Assembly (NCBI GenBank): GCA_965240325.2
Contig: OZ251232.1
Coordinates: forward strand, 1,054,001 to 1,118,000
Source of the DNA: Rebecca billardiae RCC1528
Lineage: Eukaryota > Protista > Haptophyta
DNA length: 64,000 nucleotides
Direction: 5' to 3'
Below, one piece after another: positions 9,209-18,513 of the stretch (position 1 is its first letter; the number at the start of each line of letters is the position of its first letter). The notes below the pieces were generated by a model. That model made no database searches and was not told where the DNA came from. It worked only from the letters and a program-made list of their open reading frames with translations. Both the position numbers and the translations under genes were made by a program.

Positions 9209-9826
9209 ATGAATATCCCCACCATCTCCACCCAGGAAGGCGAGCGCATGCTATTCGATTCGGGGACGACCCTCCAAAAAGACAGGCGCATGTTGCTAGA
9301 AGCATCATACATGACGCGCGAGCAGGCGCGCGAGCACGTAAAGCCGCGGTACCGGCTCGACGTCAGACTCTCGTCTGACGAAGACAAGGTGTTGGTGCAC
9401 ATAGCATCAGGCCGGCCGCTAGTCCTATTTCGAGGCAGTGTCAGCTTTGCCGACTGGGCAGTGTCTGATGTGCTACTCGCGCTCGGCTTCTCTGTATATG
9501 ACCCACGTCACCAGCGAGCCCGCAAGCTGGTCGAGATTGTGCGGCGAAAATATGGCGTGACGTCAGCCATGGGCCACAGCTTGGGCGGGCACCTGGCCGA
9601 AAACTCTGGCGCAGCTCAGGTGCATACATCCCAAAAAGGTGCTGGGTTGAAGGATATCGGGAAGGTCTTACCAAAGACACAATTCGATGTCCGCTCTCCA
9701 GGCGATATCGTGTCGGCACTCTCGCTCACTCAGCGAGGGGGCAGTCGGAAGACGGTCGGGCGCATCAGCGCAGACGCGTTCACGCGCCCAATCCGCTTTT
9801 TACGAGAGCAGCACCGCCTAGCGTAG
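9209..9826 (+). CDS. Viral lipase (class 3-like alpha/beta-hydrolase)
   Basis: VLFRGS..DW..SD, GHSLGG nucleophile elbow, GDIVS, terminal H. Lipases are recurrent PLV accessory genes. Confidence 0.85.
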   Translation: MNIPTISTQEGERMLFDSGTTLQKDRRMLLEASYMTREQAREHVKPRYRLDVRLSSDEDKVLVHIASGRPLVLFRGSVSFADWAVSDVLLALGFSVYDPRHQRARKLVEIVRRKYGVTSAMGHSLGGHLAENSGAAQVHTSQKGAGLKDIGKVLPKTQFDVRSPGDIVSALSLTQRGGSRKTVGRISADAFTRPIRFLREQHRLA

Positions 9827-10111
9827 AAACCGGTCGGCTCTGCGAGCCCCCTGGTCCAGACGGTTGGAGATCTGACGCCCACGCTGTATGGCCCGCCTTC
9901 CCGCGGCCGTATAAGGTGAGGCGATATCGCCGAGGCCTTCGGTGCGATCGACTTCGTTCAAGAATTGGGTGACGTCCCCACCCACCTTGTCTACACAGGG
10001 CTTTAGGTGATGGATTGCAGAGCTGATAGGTCTGCCGAGCCTTCGGGCGGTGTTAGCCAGCCCGCCGATCTTTCCGCGCGCATCTCTAACGAGTCTACCT
10101 AGAAAACTCAT
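9818..10111 (-). CDS. Small basic amphipathic viral protein, putative core/membrane-active virion protein
   Basis: 97 aa, Arg-rich, N-terminal MSFLGRLVRDARGKIGGLANTARRLG. Co-oriented directly downstream of the MCP with a TATATATAC leader. Confidence 0.65.
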   Translation of the reverse strand: MSFLGRLVRDARGKIGGLANTARRLGRPISSAIHHLKPCVDKVGGDVTQFLNEVDRTEGLGDIASPYTAAGRRAIQRGRQISNRLDQGARRADRFLR

Positions 10112-10128
10112 GTATATATAGAGCGAAA

Positions 10129-11442
10129 TTAAATGGCGAAATTAAGCTGGTTCTGTGAGACCTCCATCATCACATCGTGGAGCGCCCAGGCATGCCACTT
10201 GAAAGATGCCCCGCTGTTCGTGTCCGCCTCAAAGATGGCGTACTCCGTATCGAGTCGGCGACCGTCGAAGAGGATGTCCGACTGCGAGAAGGCGCTCGTG
10301 TTGAAGGCGATGCAGAAAGCCGCATCGTCAAAGGCCGTGCCGCTCACGCGAGAGGCATAATCGGCAATGCCGAGCGCGTTGAAGGCGCGAACGAGCTCAG
10401 CGCGCGTCTCTGCGCCGCCGTGGGTGGCAGAGACTGGCTGATCCGGCACGAGGGTAGAGCCGATGCGCAACTGCCACTTGGTGAGCGCCGCTCGCGTGCG
10501 AGTCGTGATGTCGCCACCAAAAGCGTTCTCACTGGTATTCGGCACCGCAGCCAGGATGATCATGTTGACCGAGGCCAGGCGGAACGGCAACTGCCAGGCC
10601 GTCGACGTGTTTGCAGCCACCGAGTGGGAGGCATGGAGGTAGGACATCGATGGGATGTAGATCCGATCGAGCGAGCGAACCATCTTGGTGTAGGCACTAT
10701 CACTAAGCATGACCATGCCGAGCTGCATCTTGACCGTCTCAAGCGTGGGGGAGGTAGTGCCTGGGTCGGCATCATACACGCCAAAGTCGAGCATGTTGGC
10801 CACATGGATGTCAACACGAAGGCCTTGGTGCAGCTCGGAGAGCGGCACCGCCTTACCACACAGAGCGCCAAACACGTACGCGAGTGGGAGGGTAACCGTC
10901 TTCCGGGCATTGTTGGCAATTGTCTCACCGGTTGTCGGGTAAAGCGCGCTCTCAACATCGGCGGCTGCATATGCGGCAGGCATCTCGTAGTCGGCACAGC
11001 CCAGCATGCTGCCGGTGGAGAAGCCTGAAGATGCGCCCGACTGGAAGTCGAGCAAGACATTGTGCAGCAGGCCTGCCTTGCCCGTGCTTGCGATCATCTG
11101 GCTGCCGTGGTAGGCGTCAATGCGCTCGATGCACGAGTATGCAGACCTTGAGAGCGTGAGAGGCTGGCCAGAGGTGTTGTGGATTGTAAACTGCAGGACT
11201 GTCTGCGACGGGTCCATCATCGCGCCGGGCGTGCCAGTCGGGATATCGAATTGCATCACCTGGCCACTTGTGAAGCTAGACGACGGGCCTGCATATATCG
11301 TCGACCTCTTGTAGGCAGCGCCAACGGCGACGGGCTTGGGGTTTGAGAAGTCATAGTAGCTCGGAGCCGTCTCCTCCTGCTCGAGCACCATCGCGTCATC
11401 ACCGCGAATATCGTTCGTCACACGCTTGCCGGCGTAAGCCAT
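10129..11442 (-). CDS. Major capsid protein (double jelly-roll, PLV PgVV-like type)
   Basis: 437 aa. FTSGQVMQFDIP...MMDPSQTVLQF...SAYSCIERIDAYHGSQMI...LLHNVLLD, VPLSELHQGLRVDI, WQLRIGSTLVPDQP and FCIAFN resemble PLV MCP motifs. Adjacent to mCP and ATPase. Confidence 0.88.
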   Translation of the reverse strand: MAYAGKRVTNDIRGDDAMVLEQEETAPSYYDFSNPKPVAVGAAYKRSTIYAGPSSSFTSGQVMQFDIPTGTPGAMMDPSQTVLQFTIHNTSGQPLTLSRSAYSCIERIDAYHGSQMIASTGKAGLLHNVLLDFQSGASSGFSTGSMLGCADYEMPAAYAAADVESALYPTTGETIANNARKTVTLPLAYVFGALCGKAVPLSELHQGLRVDIHVANMLDFGVYDADPGTTSPTLETVKMQLGMVMLSDSAYTKMVRSLDRIYIPSMSYLHASHSVAANTSTAWQLPFRLASVNMIILAAVPNTSENAFGGDITTRTRAALTKWQLRIGSTLVPDQPVSATHGGAETRAELVRAFNALGIADYASRVSGTAFDDAAFCIAFNTSAFSQSDILFDGRRLDTEYAIFEADTNSGASFKWHAWALHDVMMEVSQNQLNFAI

Positions 11443-11467
11443 AAGTACTATGGCCAGGAAATATTTC

Positions 11468-12202
11468 TTAAGAAATTTGGAATTTCAGGTTGACAGACCA
11501 CTCGGCTCCATTCAGCTCCACCGGCTGCATGGTCTCGAGATCGATCAGCTGGAGCTCGATATTTTGTATACTCCGGCGGTTGCACTGCAAAATGTCATTG
11601 TTCGCATCAGTGTACAGTACAGTCTGGCCGAAAGGCTTGTCGATATGCACCACGCACAAAATATTGCTTGATGAGCCCGAGTTGGACGAGTCTCTGCTCT
11701 TGACATCCAACCCTTCGCAGGTTAGCGCAAAGCCTCGGCTGAGCAGGTCCACCACGCCGGGTGCCTCTATACTGCCGCCAGCAGGTATTACCAAGTCTGT
11801 GCGACAGAGGCCGAGCACGCGCGAAGCGCTGCTCGTGCCCTTGATGGTGGTGTCGAAACCATGTGACGTCGAGAATGTAAGCTTGCCAGTGGCCGAGTCG
11901 AAAGCAGCAGTCACGTTGATGCTAGACAATGCCGAGTTGATCTCCGTGACTAGCGTGCTAGCGGTATAATTCTTCGGGGTGAGCGTGAGCGTCGTATCGC
12001 CCCAGTCGGAGGCGGCACCCACGCTATTATTCGAGCTGTCTACGGCATAGCGCGTATTAGGCACACACAGGCTATCGACAGATACAAATATGACCTCATC
12101 GCTTGCCGCCATGATTGGGTGGCTCAGTGTGAAATTCACGCAGCTCGTCTTGGCTCGGCCCAGTGGGAACACATCGCCCTGACTTGTGTGCAGGTGCAGC
12201 AT
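11468..12202 (-). CDS. Minor capsid (penton) protein
   Basis: 244 aa. VSVDSLCVPNTRYAVDSSNN, PKNYTASTLVTEIN, FDSATGKLTF, RVLGL, NILCVV and IQNIELQLID...VELNGAEWSVNLKF are typical of PLV mCP. Confidence 0.88.
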   Translation of the reverse strand: MLHLHTSQGDVFPLGRAKTSCVNFTLSHPIMAASDEVIFVSVDSLCVPNTRYAVDSSNNSVGAASDWGDTTLTLTPKNYTASTLVTEINSALSSINVTAAFDSATGKLTFSTSHGFDTTIKGTSSASRVLGLCRTDLVIPAGGSIEAPGVVDLLSRGFALTCEGLDVKSRDSSNSGSSSNILCVVHIDKPFGQTVLYTDANNDILQCNRRSIQNIELQLIDLETMQPVELNGAEWSVNLKFQIS

Positions 12203-12315
12203 GAATTAGTGCCGATATTATTTCATCATCGCTCGTGCCTAGCTTCTTGGAGATGTACCATGCCAATGCATCCTCTCGGCTGAAATCCAAAATATTCTCT
12301 GCTTGCATATAGAAG

Positions 12316-12648
12316 ATGGAGAATAAAAAGACACGCAGCGAGGCGCAGCAGCTGGCGACGGAGCGCATGCGCCTGAAACGCCAGGTAGTGACCTATGAGA
12401 CACATGCGGCCACATACACCAAGCTGGCAGAGGATGCGAAAGCCAAGCTCGAAGAAATCGGCGGCGAGGTCGGGCCAAAAGCACCCACACCCAGGCGCCC
12501 GCCAAGCAAGACGCCGCCGAGCATTGTCAGGCAGCCGGTCGAATCGATCGAGCTGGCAGGCGAGGAAGAGGCGACCCCGGAGGCGGTGACCCCGGAGGCG
12601 GTAGCCCCGGTCAAGCCATCCCAAAAAAGAATCATGCGCTTTATATGA
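12316..12648 (+). CDS. Viral hypothetical protein (basic helix plus Pro/Glu-rich tail) upstream of the ATPase
   Basis: 110-aa ORF with AT-rich leader; its stop overlaps the ATPase start (ATGA). Confidence 0.65.
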   Translation: MENKKTRSEAQQLATERMRLKRQVVTYETHAATYTKLAEDAKAKLEEIGGEVGPKAPTPRRPPSKTPPSIVRQPVESIELAGEEEATPEAVTPEAVAPVKPSQKRIMRFI

Positions 12649-13334
12649 TCAACGAGATCGCGCACCACATAGAGCTCCCGCTGCCTAGAATTAGTGCCGA
12701 CAAGCCTCTAAAGCCAGGCCTACCAGAACCACTCCCTAACACGAGTTTTCATTGGGGCATCTTTGGCCCACCACGCAGCGGCAAATCCAGCCAGGTAGTG
12801 GGCCTGATCACTGGCCCCTATAAACGAGTCTTTGCCAACGTAATCTTCGTGGCTCCTCGCACCTCGGTGGACAGCTTCCAAAATTCCCCGCTAGCCACGC
12901 TTCAATATGTATACCACGAGCTGACGGCAGAGACACTTCAGAATGTGCTCAGCATTGCCGAGTCGAATATGCCTTTGCCGACCCTCCTTATTATAGATGA
13001 TTTTGCTGCGTCACTAAAAGACCCAAATTTGCAGCGCCTGTATTCGCGTATCGTTCAGAACAGGCGACACTACAAACTCAGTATCATTGTTATATCACAG
13101 GGTTACATATCGGTGCCGCTGACTATACGAAAATTATTCTCGCATGTGACCGTGTTCAAGCCCAACAATACCAAGGAGCTAGAGGCTCTGCGCTCTGAAT
13201 TGATCATGATGCCTCGCTCAGACTTTGCTACAGTGTATCAGTACATTTTTGGCGATGGCGATCCGCACACTTTTTTATTTCTTAATGCAGACCATGGTGC
13301 GCTCCACAGAGAGTGGAATAAATTATTACTATGA
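12645..13334 (+). CDS. A32/FtsK-like DNA packaging ATPase
   Basis: Walker A GPPRSGKS, Walker B LLIIDD, arginine finger NRRHYKLS, ISQGY..VPLTIRK. Confidence 0.93.
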   Translation: MINEIAHHIELPLPRISADKPLKPGLPEPLPNTSFHWGIFGPPRSGKSSQVVGLITGPYKRVFANVIFVAPRTSVDSFQNSPLATLQYVYHELTAETLQNVLSIAESNMPLPTLLIIDDFAASLKDPNLQRLYSRIVQNRRHYKLSIIVISQGYISVPLTIRKLFSHVTVFKPNNTKELEALRSELIMMPRSDFATVYQYIFGDGDPHTFLFLNADHGALHREWNKLLL

Positions 13335-13340
13335 TTATAG

Positions 13341-14261
13341 ATGCAGGCCATACATCGCGAGCGATTCCTGCCGACCAAGACCACGCACTTTCGCCTCGAG
13401 GGCAAACCCTACGGCGGCTCCTTTCACAGCCGCGGAAAAGAATACTGGAGCGGAGCCGTGCCTACGCCGTCTTCGAGACGATTGACGTATTCGGCCGAGC
13501 CGATTGTGATGAAGCCACTAATCAAGCCAACGCGACCGCCGCCCACCAACCAGACGGCTGCAGTGGGCAGGCGAGTGCCTTCCATCGATGCGCTGCTACC
13601 CTTTAGCGATGGTGTGAACGAATTTCGGGCTCGGCAGATTCGCCTGCCTACACGCGATGCGTCTGGCCAAGCAATGAGCAGGCTGATAGTCAACAAGCAG
13701 CCTCTGCCTGTCTCTACAAGTGCCGTGCCAGAGCGGCGATCGATTGGTATTGGGACAGACAGAGTCGCTCGGGGCCTGCGCCCAGAGCAGCATTCTACTG
13801 GCATGCAGGCTGGAGGCCCAAAGAGACGGTCGATTGCTACTCAGGAGATGCCTCCTCCGGCTGAACGCCCGGCGATTGGCACGCAGGCTGGTGGCCCAAA
13901 GAGGCGTTCAACTGGTACTCAGGGGATGCCAGAGCGCCCGGCGATTGGCACGCAGGCTGGTCCGAAGAGACGCTCCATGGGGACACAGGAGCAGCCATCC
14001 CAGCAGACGGCTGGCACCCAGGCCTCAAAACCACTCTTCGGAAATGAAGCCAGAGACCACCTTGACGACAACATCGATGCCATCATACTCATGATGCAGG
14101 CCAACCCGAAAGAATCGCGCACAGCTCTGAGCAAAATGCTGGCCAGAGATTTTAACGTCTCTGAAAATGCGGCGAAGGCATTCCTCAAGGTCATTCCTTA
14201 CGATCCCACACCTCGGTTCTCTTCGCCGTCGTCATCCTTCAGCCCGTCGAGCAAGCTGTGA
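13341..14261 (+). CDS. Viral hypothetical protein with eight short repeats (e.g. RRSIATQ, RPAIGTQ) and a small helical C-terminal domain
   Basis: 306-aa ORF that fills the gap between the ATPase and pPolB; repeats at ~13730-14025. Confidence 0.7.
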   Translation: MQAIHRERFLPTKTTHFRLEGKPYGGSFHSRGKEYWSGAVPTPSSRRLTYSAEPIVMKPLIKPTRPPPTNQTAAVGRRVPSIDALLPFSDGVNEFRARQIRLPTRDASGQAMSRLIVNKQPLPVSTSAVPERRSIGIGTDRVARGLRPEQHSTGMQAGGPKRRSIATQEMPPPAERPAIGTQAGGPKRRSTGTQGMPERPAIGTQAGPKRRSMGTQEQPSQQTAGTQASKPLFGNEARDHLDDNIDAIILMMQANPKESRTALSKMLARDFNVSENAAKAFLKVIPYDPTPRFSSPSSSFSPSSKL

Positions 14262-17200
14262 CGAACTCGTTCATTATTCGGTTGGCCCATTTGAGGCTCA
14301 CGTCGTAGCCAGACTCGTCGACCATGATTTGCGCTGCCTTCCTTGCTGTGAGCGTGTCCCAATCATGTGTCTGAATAATTCGCTCAAAGTGTCTCCTTGG
14401 ATCGAGCTTGTAGTGGCCCAGCGATAGGATCTCCAGCCCGTTCGCAGCCACGACACCCTTGTTGTACGAGTTTCGGAGGGCCACCTTCTCTTGGCGTTCC
14501 ATCCTCACCACGTTCGAGCGCGCCGCAATCTGGTAGTAGTCCACGTGTGTCTCCCTCTCGCGGAGGACGATATCGCGATAGTGACCATGTTGCAGTGCTT
14601 TCGTCACCACTTTGTATGGCACGCCCTTGTTCTTGCGTAGCTGTTTCTTTGTCGATCTGACCGAGTAACATTTCGGCGCGTTGCACACCACCTCGCAAAT
14701 GCGGTCGTTGGCGAACTCGTCCTTGAAGTAGCCGACCACTTTCTGGTTCGAGGCATCATGCATCGGGTTGCGCTTGTGGTAGCCATGCATATCAAGCCAG
14801 CGCGGCGCGAGCTCTTTCATCTTGTGCTTGTAATTCTTGTCGTTCACCGAGAAGATGAAGGAATCGGTATCGGTCATGCAGAGCTGGATGTTTGGAAGCG
14901 CCGGCTTGAGGCCATCGTACCAAAAGGTCTGCATGAGCAGCTTCGAGCTCTCAAGGATGAGCGCGCCCAATTGAACAGGAGTAGTCTTGAGGTAGCGCTT
15001 CTTGTCACCAGAGACGAGAAAGAGCGAGCCGCCGATATGCCTCGAGTACCGGCTGCGCGGGTCGAGGAAGCGCTTCTCCATCACACTCCCAGAGACGATG
15101 CCGGCATCCTGGTGGTGCAGCGTGCGCTCCATGGTTTTTCCAAAGCACGAGTTCGGGCCTAGTTTGAAGAAATTCTTCTCAAAGTCGTTTCTCGCCTGGG
15201 CGCGCAGCGCAGCCATCTGGTCGACATAGCCGCGCATCCACGGTGCTAGATGCATCTCTAGCACGCGATGGACCTTTGTCACGACAAAGCCGAGCTCGAC
15301 TGCCTTCTGCAGATTCAGCACACTGCACACATAGTTGACACGTGGGTCGAGGTGCGCGATGAGCTTGCCGTCACGGTGTTCGGGCAGCGGGACAAAATCG
15401 TTGAGGTGCTGGTGCGTGTGCTCCGGGAAGTAGCCATCGATCTCCACATACGCTCCGATGTCTCCTTGGAAATCGAGGTCGCCGGGGTCACTCGGTAGCC
15501 GCCCATACCGGGGGTCGTGCAGGTCAAAGTCCTCGGGCTCAACATCCCAGGGCGCGCCTACTGGCATCTTGAGCTTCATCGCCCAGCCGTACAAGTTGTT
15601 CGCGTCAAAGTAGCCGATGTGCACGCCTCCTCCTGCCGTCTGCAGCTTGTGGCGCACATCTGTGTAGCCGCCTCGAATGCACTTGGAAGCAAAATCCACG
15701 TCTCTCGAGTCTTGCCAGAGCTCGATCTTTTGCCCCGTGGTCTTGAGCATCGTCTTGAAGAAGGATTGCGGCGCCGAGAGAAACCAGCTCGGGTCCAGGC
15801 CAAAGTTGGTGTGAAAGAGGTGCTGGAAGTTGGTGAAGACGTCTGCCTGCCCGTGAACGTCGATAGCGAGGTACCAGTCGAGGAGGTCTCTCATCGTCTC
15901 CAGCCCGACCGCCGACTTGAGTTGCACGAGCTTGACGATCGCCTCATCCTCGCCCGCCTCAAAGTGTTGGTCCTGGCCTGCGATACCGAAGCTCGATTTA
16001 AGCTTGGACAAGAAGAGGTCGGGGTATTTTTCGATGAGCGTGTCGATGGGCGTATCCAGCTCGAGGTGCCACGGAATCTCGTAGGGGAAAATGCCCTTGC
16101 GCCGCGCGGCCTCGAATACGATTTCTGGGTCGAGTCCTCGGGCCCGCGCCCAATCGCTGGCAAACGAGCGCAAGTTCCGCATGTCCGCGGGGTCCAGGTT
16201 GTCTAGGAGCGTCTCCAGCGATTCTTTCATGAAAGCCATCGTGTCCTTGAAGCAAAAGCCGCCGATAGTCAGCTGCTTGAGTCGCTGCGTGTTCTGGAGA
16301 ATGATGTCGGTTTTGAGCGCTTTGGTGGGGCGCGTGCTCGCGAGCTCGCGCTCGAGGCTGGTGATTTGCGCAGTGTCATAGTTGTCTCCTCTTACTGCGC
16401 ACGAGACGAGAAGCGCCTCCTGCGCCTCGATCCTTTTCTTGAGGATCTCCGTTTTGCGGTTCTGCTTTATCCTGGCCATCTCGTTCATCAGCCCTTGCAC
16501 CCGCTCGGAGCCGAGGGCCTGGATCAGGAAATTGGCGTCAAAGCCGGTGAGGTTGTGAAAGAATACTGGTACGCTCGCCATGAGATTCGTCGTGGATGCA
16601 TGCAGGTTGCACTTTGTGCAAGCAGCACCGCGATATGCGCCAGTGTAGTGGTCATGGTCGAAATTTTTGGTCTCGCCGAATTCGCCGTCGCAGAGGTAGC
16701 AGCAGGTGGCACTATCGAAAGCCTGCCTTGTCTCGAGAGGGAAGGAGCGCTTCTTGAGCGCAGAGTGCCTGCTGGCAGTATCCAGGTAGCTCGGGTATGT
16801 CTCCAGCAGGTAGACCACCAGATCGATATGGCACTCAGGCCCGGTGAAGGTCACGTACTTGATGGCTCCGTCGCTCCAGGTCTCAATGAGGCCGACGGCA
16901 TATGGCCTCATCTCACCATCGATTGTCACGGTCTCGAAATCGGCGTGGATCACCAGCGGCTTGACGATCTGCTCGATGCCTCCCGTGTACTCGATAGAGG
17001 TCTGGTAATCTTTGCCGGCCGCAGCCTCGCGAGGCGTCATGTAGCTGGCTAATTTTTGCTCCTCAGTCTGAGCATCGTAATTCACTGTCCACGAGTCATG
17101 GCACGTCTCCTGATGCTCATCTCGCTTGGCGCGAGCGTTGAAGGGGAACTTTTTGAGACACAGCTCGCAGTAGATATAGGTGGTATTTGCGCAAATGGCA

Positions 17201-18513
17201 TCGGCGGAGCGGCAGAAGACCCAGTGCTCCTTGTAGAGCCCGAGGGTCACCCGAGGCAGGTTGTGGAAATCCTGCGGCGTCGGCAGTCGCATCACCTGCG
17301 CCTGCCCACCGTCCTCGGGGAGGCGATAGGCTGTGATGGCCAGGTTGTTGGCGACCTCCCATGCGCGGATCTCGCCGATGTCCACAGGGTAGACAGCACC
17401 CTCGGGCTCGGTCACGAGGAACTTCCGGTGGACGCTCGGCCGCTCGGGGTGGGCAACGCCGCTCTCCACAGCCTTTGCTGCCTGCAGCGCGGCCATGAAG
17501 CACTTGAGGTCTTGGTTCTTGGGGTTGACGATGCCCATCTTGGCGTTCGCCCACCGCCCTTCGAGCTTCACGTAGCTGCTCCCGGATGTCGCTCCGCGAG
17601 GCGTCACCATGCCGCTGGTTATCCACATCCGGCTGAGGGCGATTGGCTTGTCTGCGTAGATTGACTGCCGCTGCTCGAAGGCGTCTGTGATCATCTCGTT
17701 GACGAGATCGATGAGCGGCTGCGGCTCCTGCTGCCAAACTGCTTTGCCGGCAATGGAGCGACTTGACTTCGAGATGGTGGGGTGCCCTCGTTCGATCATG
17801 CGGCGGTAGGCGTCCTCGGGCAGGCCCGGCATCTCGACCGCAAAGACACCCTTGGTGCTCTTCACATGCAGCGTCTCGATGATGACCCTCACCTTGAGCC
17901 GACTCGATGCTCCGCGCATCAGCTCCTTCTCGATCGTCTCAGCGACAAAGTCGTGGATTGCGCTTGTCAGATGCGACGGCATCTGGTAGAGCGCTTGCTC
18001 TCGCATGAGCAGAGGCGCCGTCGCCTCCACCTGCATCGAGATTGGCATGGTGAAGGTCGTCTCCTTGGTGATCTCCGGCCCATGCACAGCCACCCTGGTC
18101 ATGCCATCATTCAGCATCTTGGCGGTGAAGCCGATCTGCTTGCGCAGCTTCCTCATGCCCTCCGATGTGCGAGGTAGTCGCCTCTTGCGCCCTTGGAGCG
18201 TGAACTGCCCGTCTTGGAGCTCGATGCCCATCGCCTTCAGCTCTGTCTCCATAGGCTGGTGCTTCTCAAGCCTCTCGAGCGTGCGGCGTAGCTGGTCCCA
18301 GCTCTTGCGCGTTCTGGGCATGCGCTTTCGCTTGCCCTGCAGCACGAAGGTCTTGCCATCGACGTTTGGCGTCAGGTTGAACTCGGCAAAGAGCCTCTCG
18401 AGACGGTCTCGGTCGAGCTCGTGGCGCGCGGCGGCATGCCGCCTCATGGGCAGCTCGGGGTCGAGGAGTACCTGCTCGAGTTGGTTGCGGCGGTCAAGGT
18501 CGAGGATGACCAT
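14239..18513 (-). CDS. Protein-primed family B DNA polymerase (terminal-protein region, OTU-like protease, Zn finger, exonuclease with inserted endonuclease VII-like domain, polymerase)
   Basis: 1424 aa. ExoI HADFET, ExoII FHNLTGFDANF, RKGIFPYE, ExoIII YLAIDV, IRGGY, YFDANNLYGWAM, KLGPNSCFGK, MTDTDS, GYFKDE, KCYS, KGV. Confidence 0.96.
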   Translation of the reverse strand: MVILDLDRRNQLEQVLLDPELPMRRHAAARHELDRDRLERLFAEFNLTPNVDGKTFVLQGKRKRMPRTRKSWDQLRRTLERLEKHQPMETELKAMGIELQDGQFTLQGRKRRLPRTSEGMRKLRKQIGFTAKMLNDGMTRVAVHGPEITKETTFTMPISMQVEATAPLLMREQALYQMPSHLTSAIHDFVAETIEKELMRGASSRLKVRVIIETLHVKSTKGVFAVEMPGLPEDAYRRMIERGHPTISKSSRSIAGKAVWQQEPQPLIDLVNEMITDAFEQRQSIYADKPIALSRMWITSGMVTPRGATSGSSYVKLEGRWANAKMGIVNPKNQDLKCFMAALQAAKAVESGVAHPERPSVHRKFLVTEPEGAVYPVDIGEIRAWEVANNLAITAYRLPEDGGQAQVMRLPTPQDFHNLPRVTLGLYKEHWVFCRSADAICANTTYIYCELCLKKFPFNARAKRDEHQETCHDSWTVNYDAQTEEQKLASYMTPREAAAGKDYQTSIEYTGGIEQIVKPLVIHADFETVTIDGEMRPYAVGLIETWSDGAIKYVTFTGPECHIDLVVYLLETYPSYLDTASRHSALKKRSFPLETRQAFDSATCCYLCDGEFGETKNFDHDHYTGAYRGAACTKCNLHASTTNLMASVPVFFHNLTGFDANFLIQALGSERVQGLMNEMARIKQNRKTEILKKRIEAQEALLVSCAVRGDNYDTAQITSLERELASTRPTKALKTDIILQNTQRLKQLTIGGFCFKDTMAFMKESLETLLDNLDPADMRNLRSFASDWARARGLDPEIVFEAARRKGIFPYEIPWHLELDTPIDTLIEKYPDLFLSKLKSSFGIAGQDQHFEAGEDEAIVKLVQLKSAVGLETMRDLLDWYLAIDVHGQADVFTNFQHLFHTNFGLDPSWFLSAPQSFFKTMLKTTGQKIELWQDSRDVDFASKCIRGGYTDVRHKLQTAGGGVHIGYFDANNLYGWAMKLKMPVGAPWDVEPEDFDLHDPRYGRLPSDPGDLDFQGDIGAYVEIDGYFPEHTHQHLNDFVPLPEHRDGKLIAHLDPRVNYVCSVLNLQKAVELGFVVTKVHRVLEMHLAPWMRGYVDQMAALRAQARNDFEKNFFKLGPNSCFGKTMERTLHHQDAGIVSGSVMEKRFLDPRSRYSRHIGGSLFLVSGDKKRYLKTTPVQLGALILESSKLLMQTFWYDGLKPALPNIQLCMTDTDSFIFSVNDKNYKHKMKELAPRWLDMHGYHKRNPMHDASNQKVVGYFKDEFANDRICEVVCNAPKCYSVRSTKKQLRKNKGVPYKVVTKALQHGHYRDIVLRERETHVDYYQIAARSNVVRMERQEKVALRNSYNKGVVAANGLEILSLGHYKLDPRRHFERIIQTHDWDTLTARKAAQIMVDESGYDVSLKWANRIMNEFVTACSTG

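Noticed and set aside
12096-12308. Possible small viral ORF MQAENILDFSREDALAWYISKKLG...
   Set aside because: It overlaps the mCP start by ~100 bp in another frame and has no recognisable motif. It is not excluded, but unsupported.
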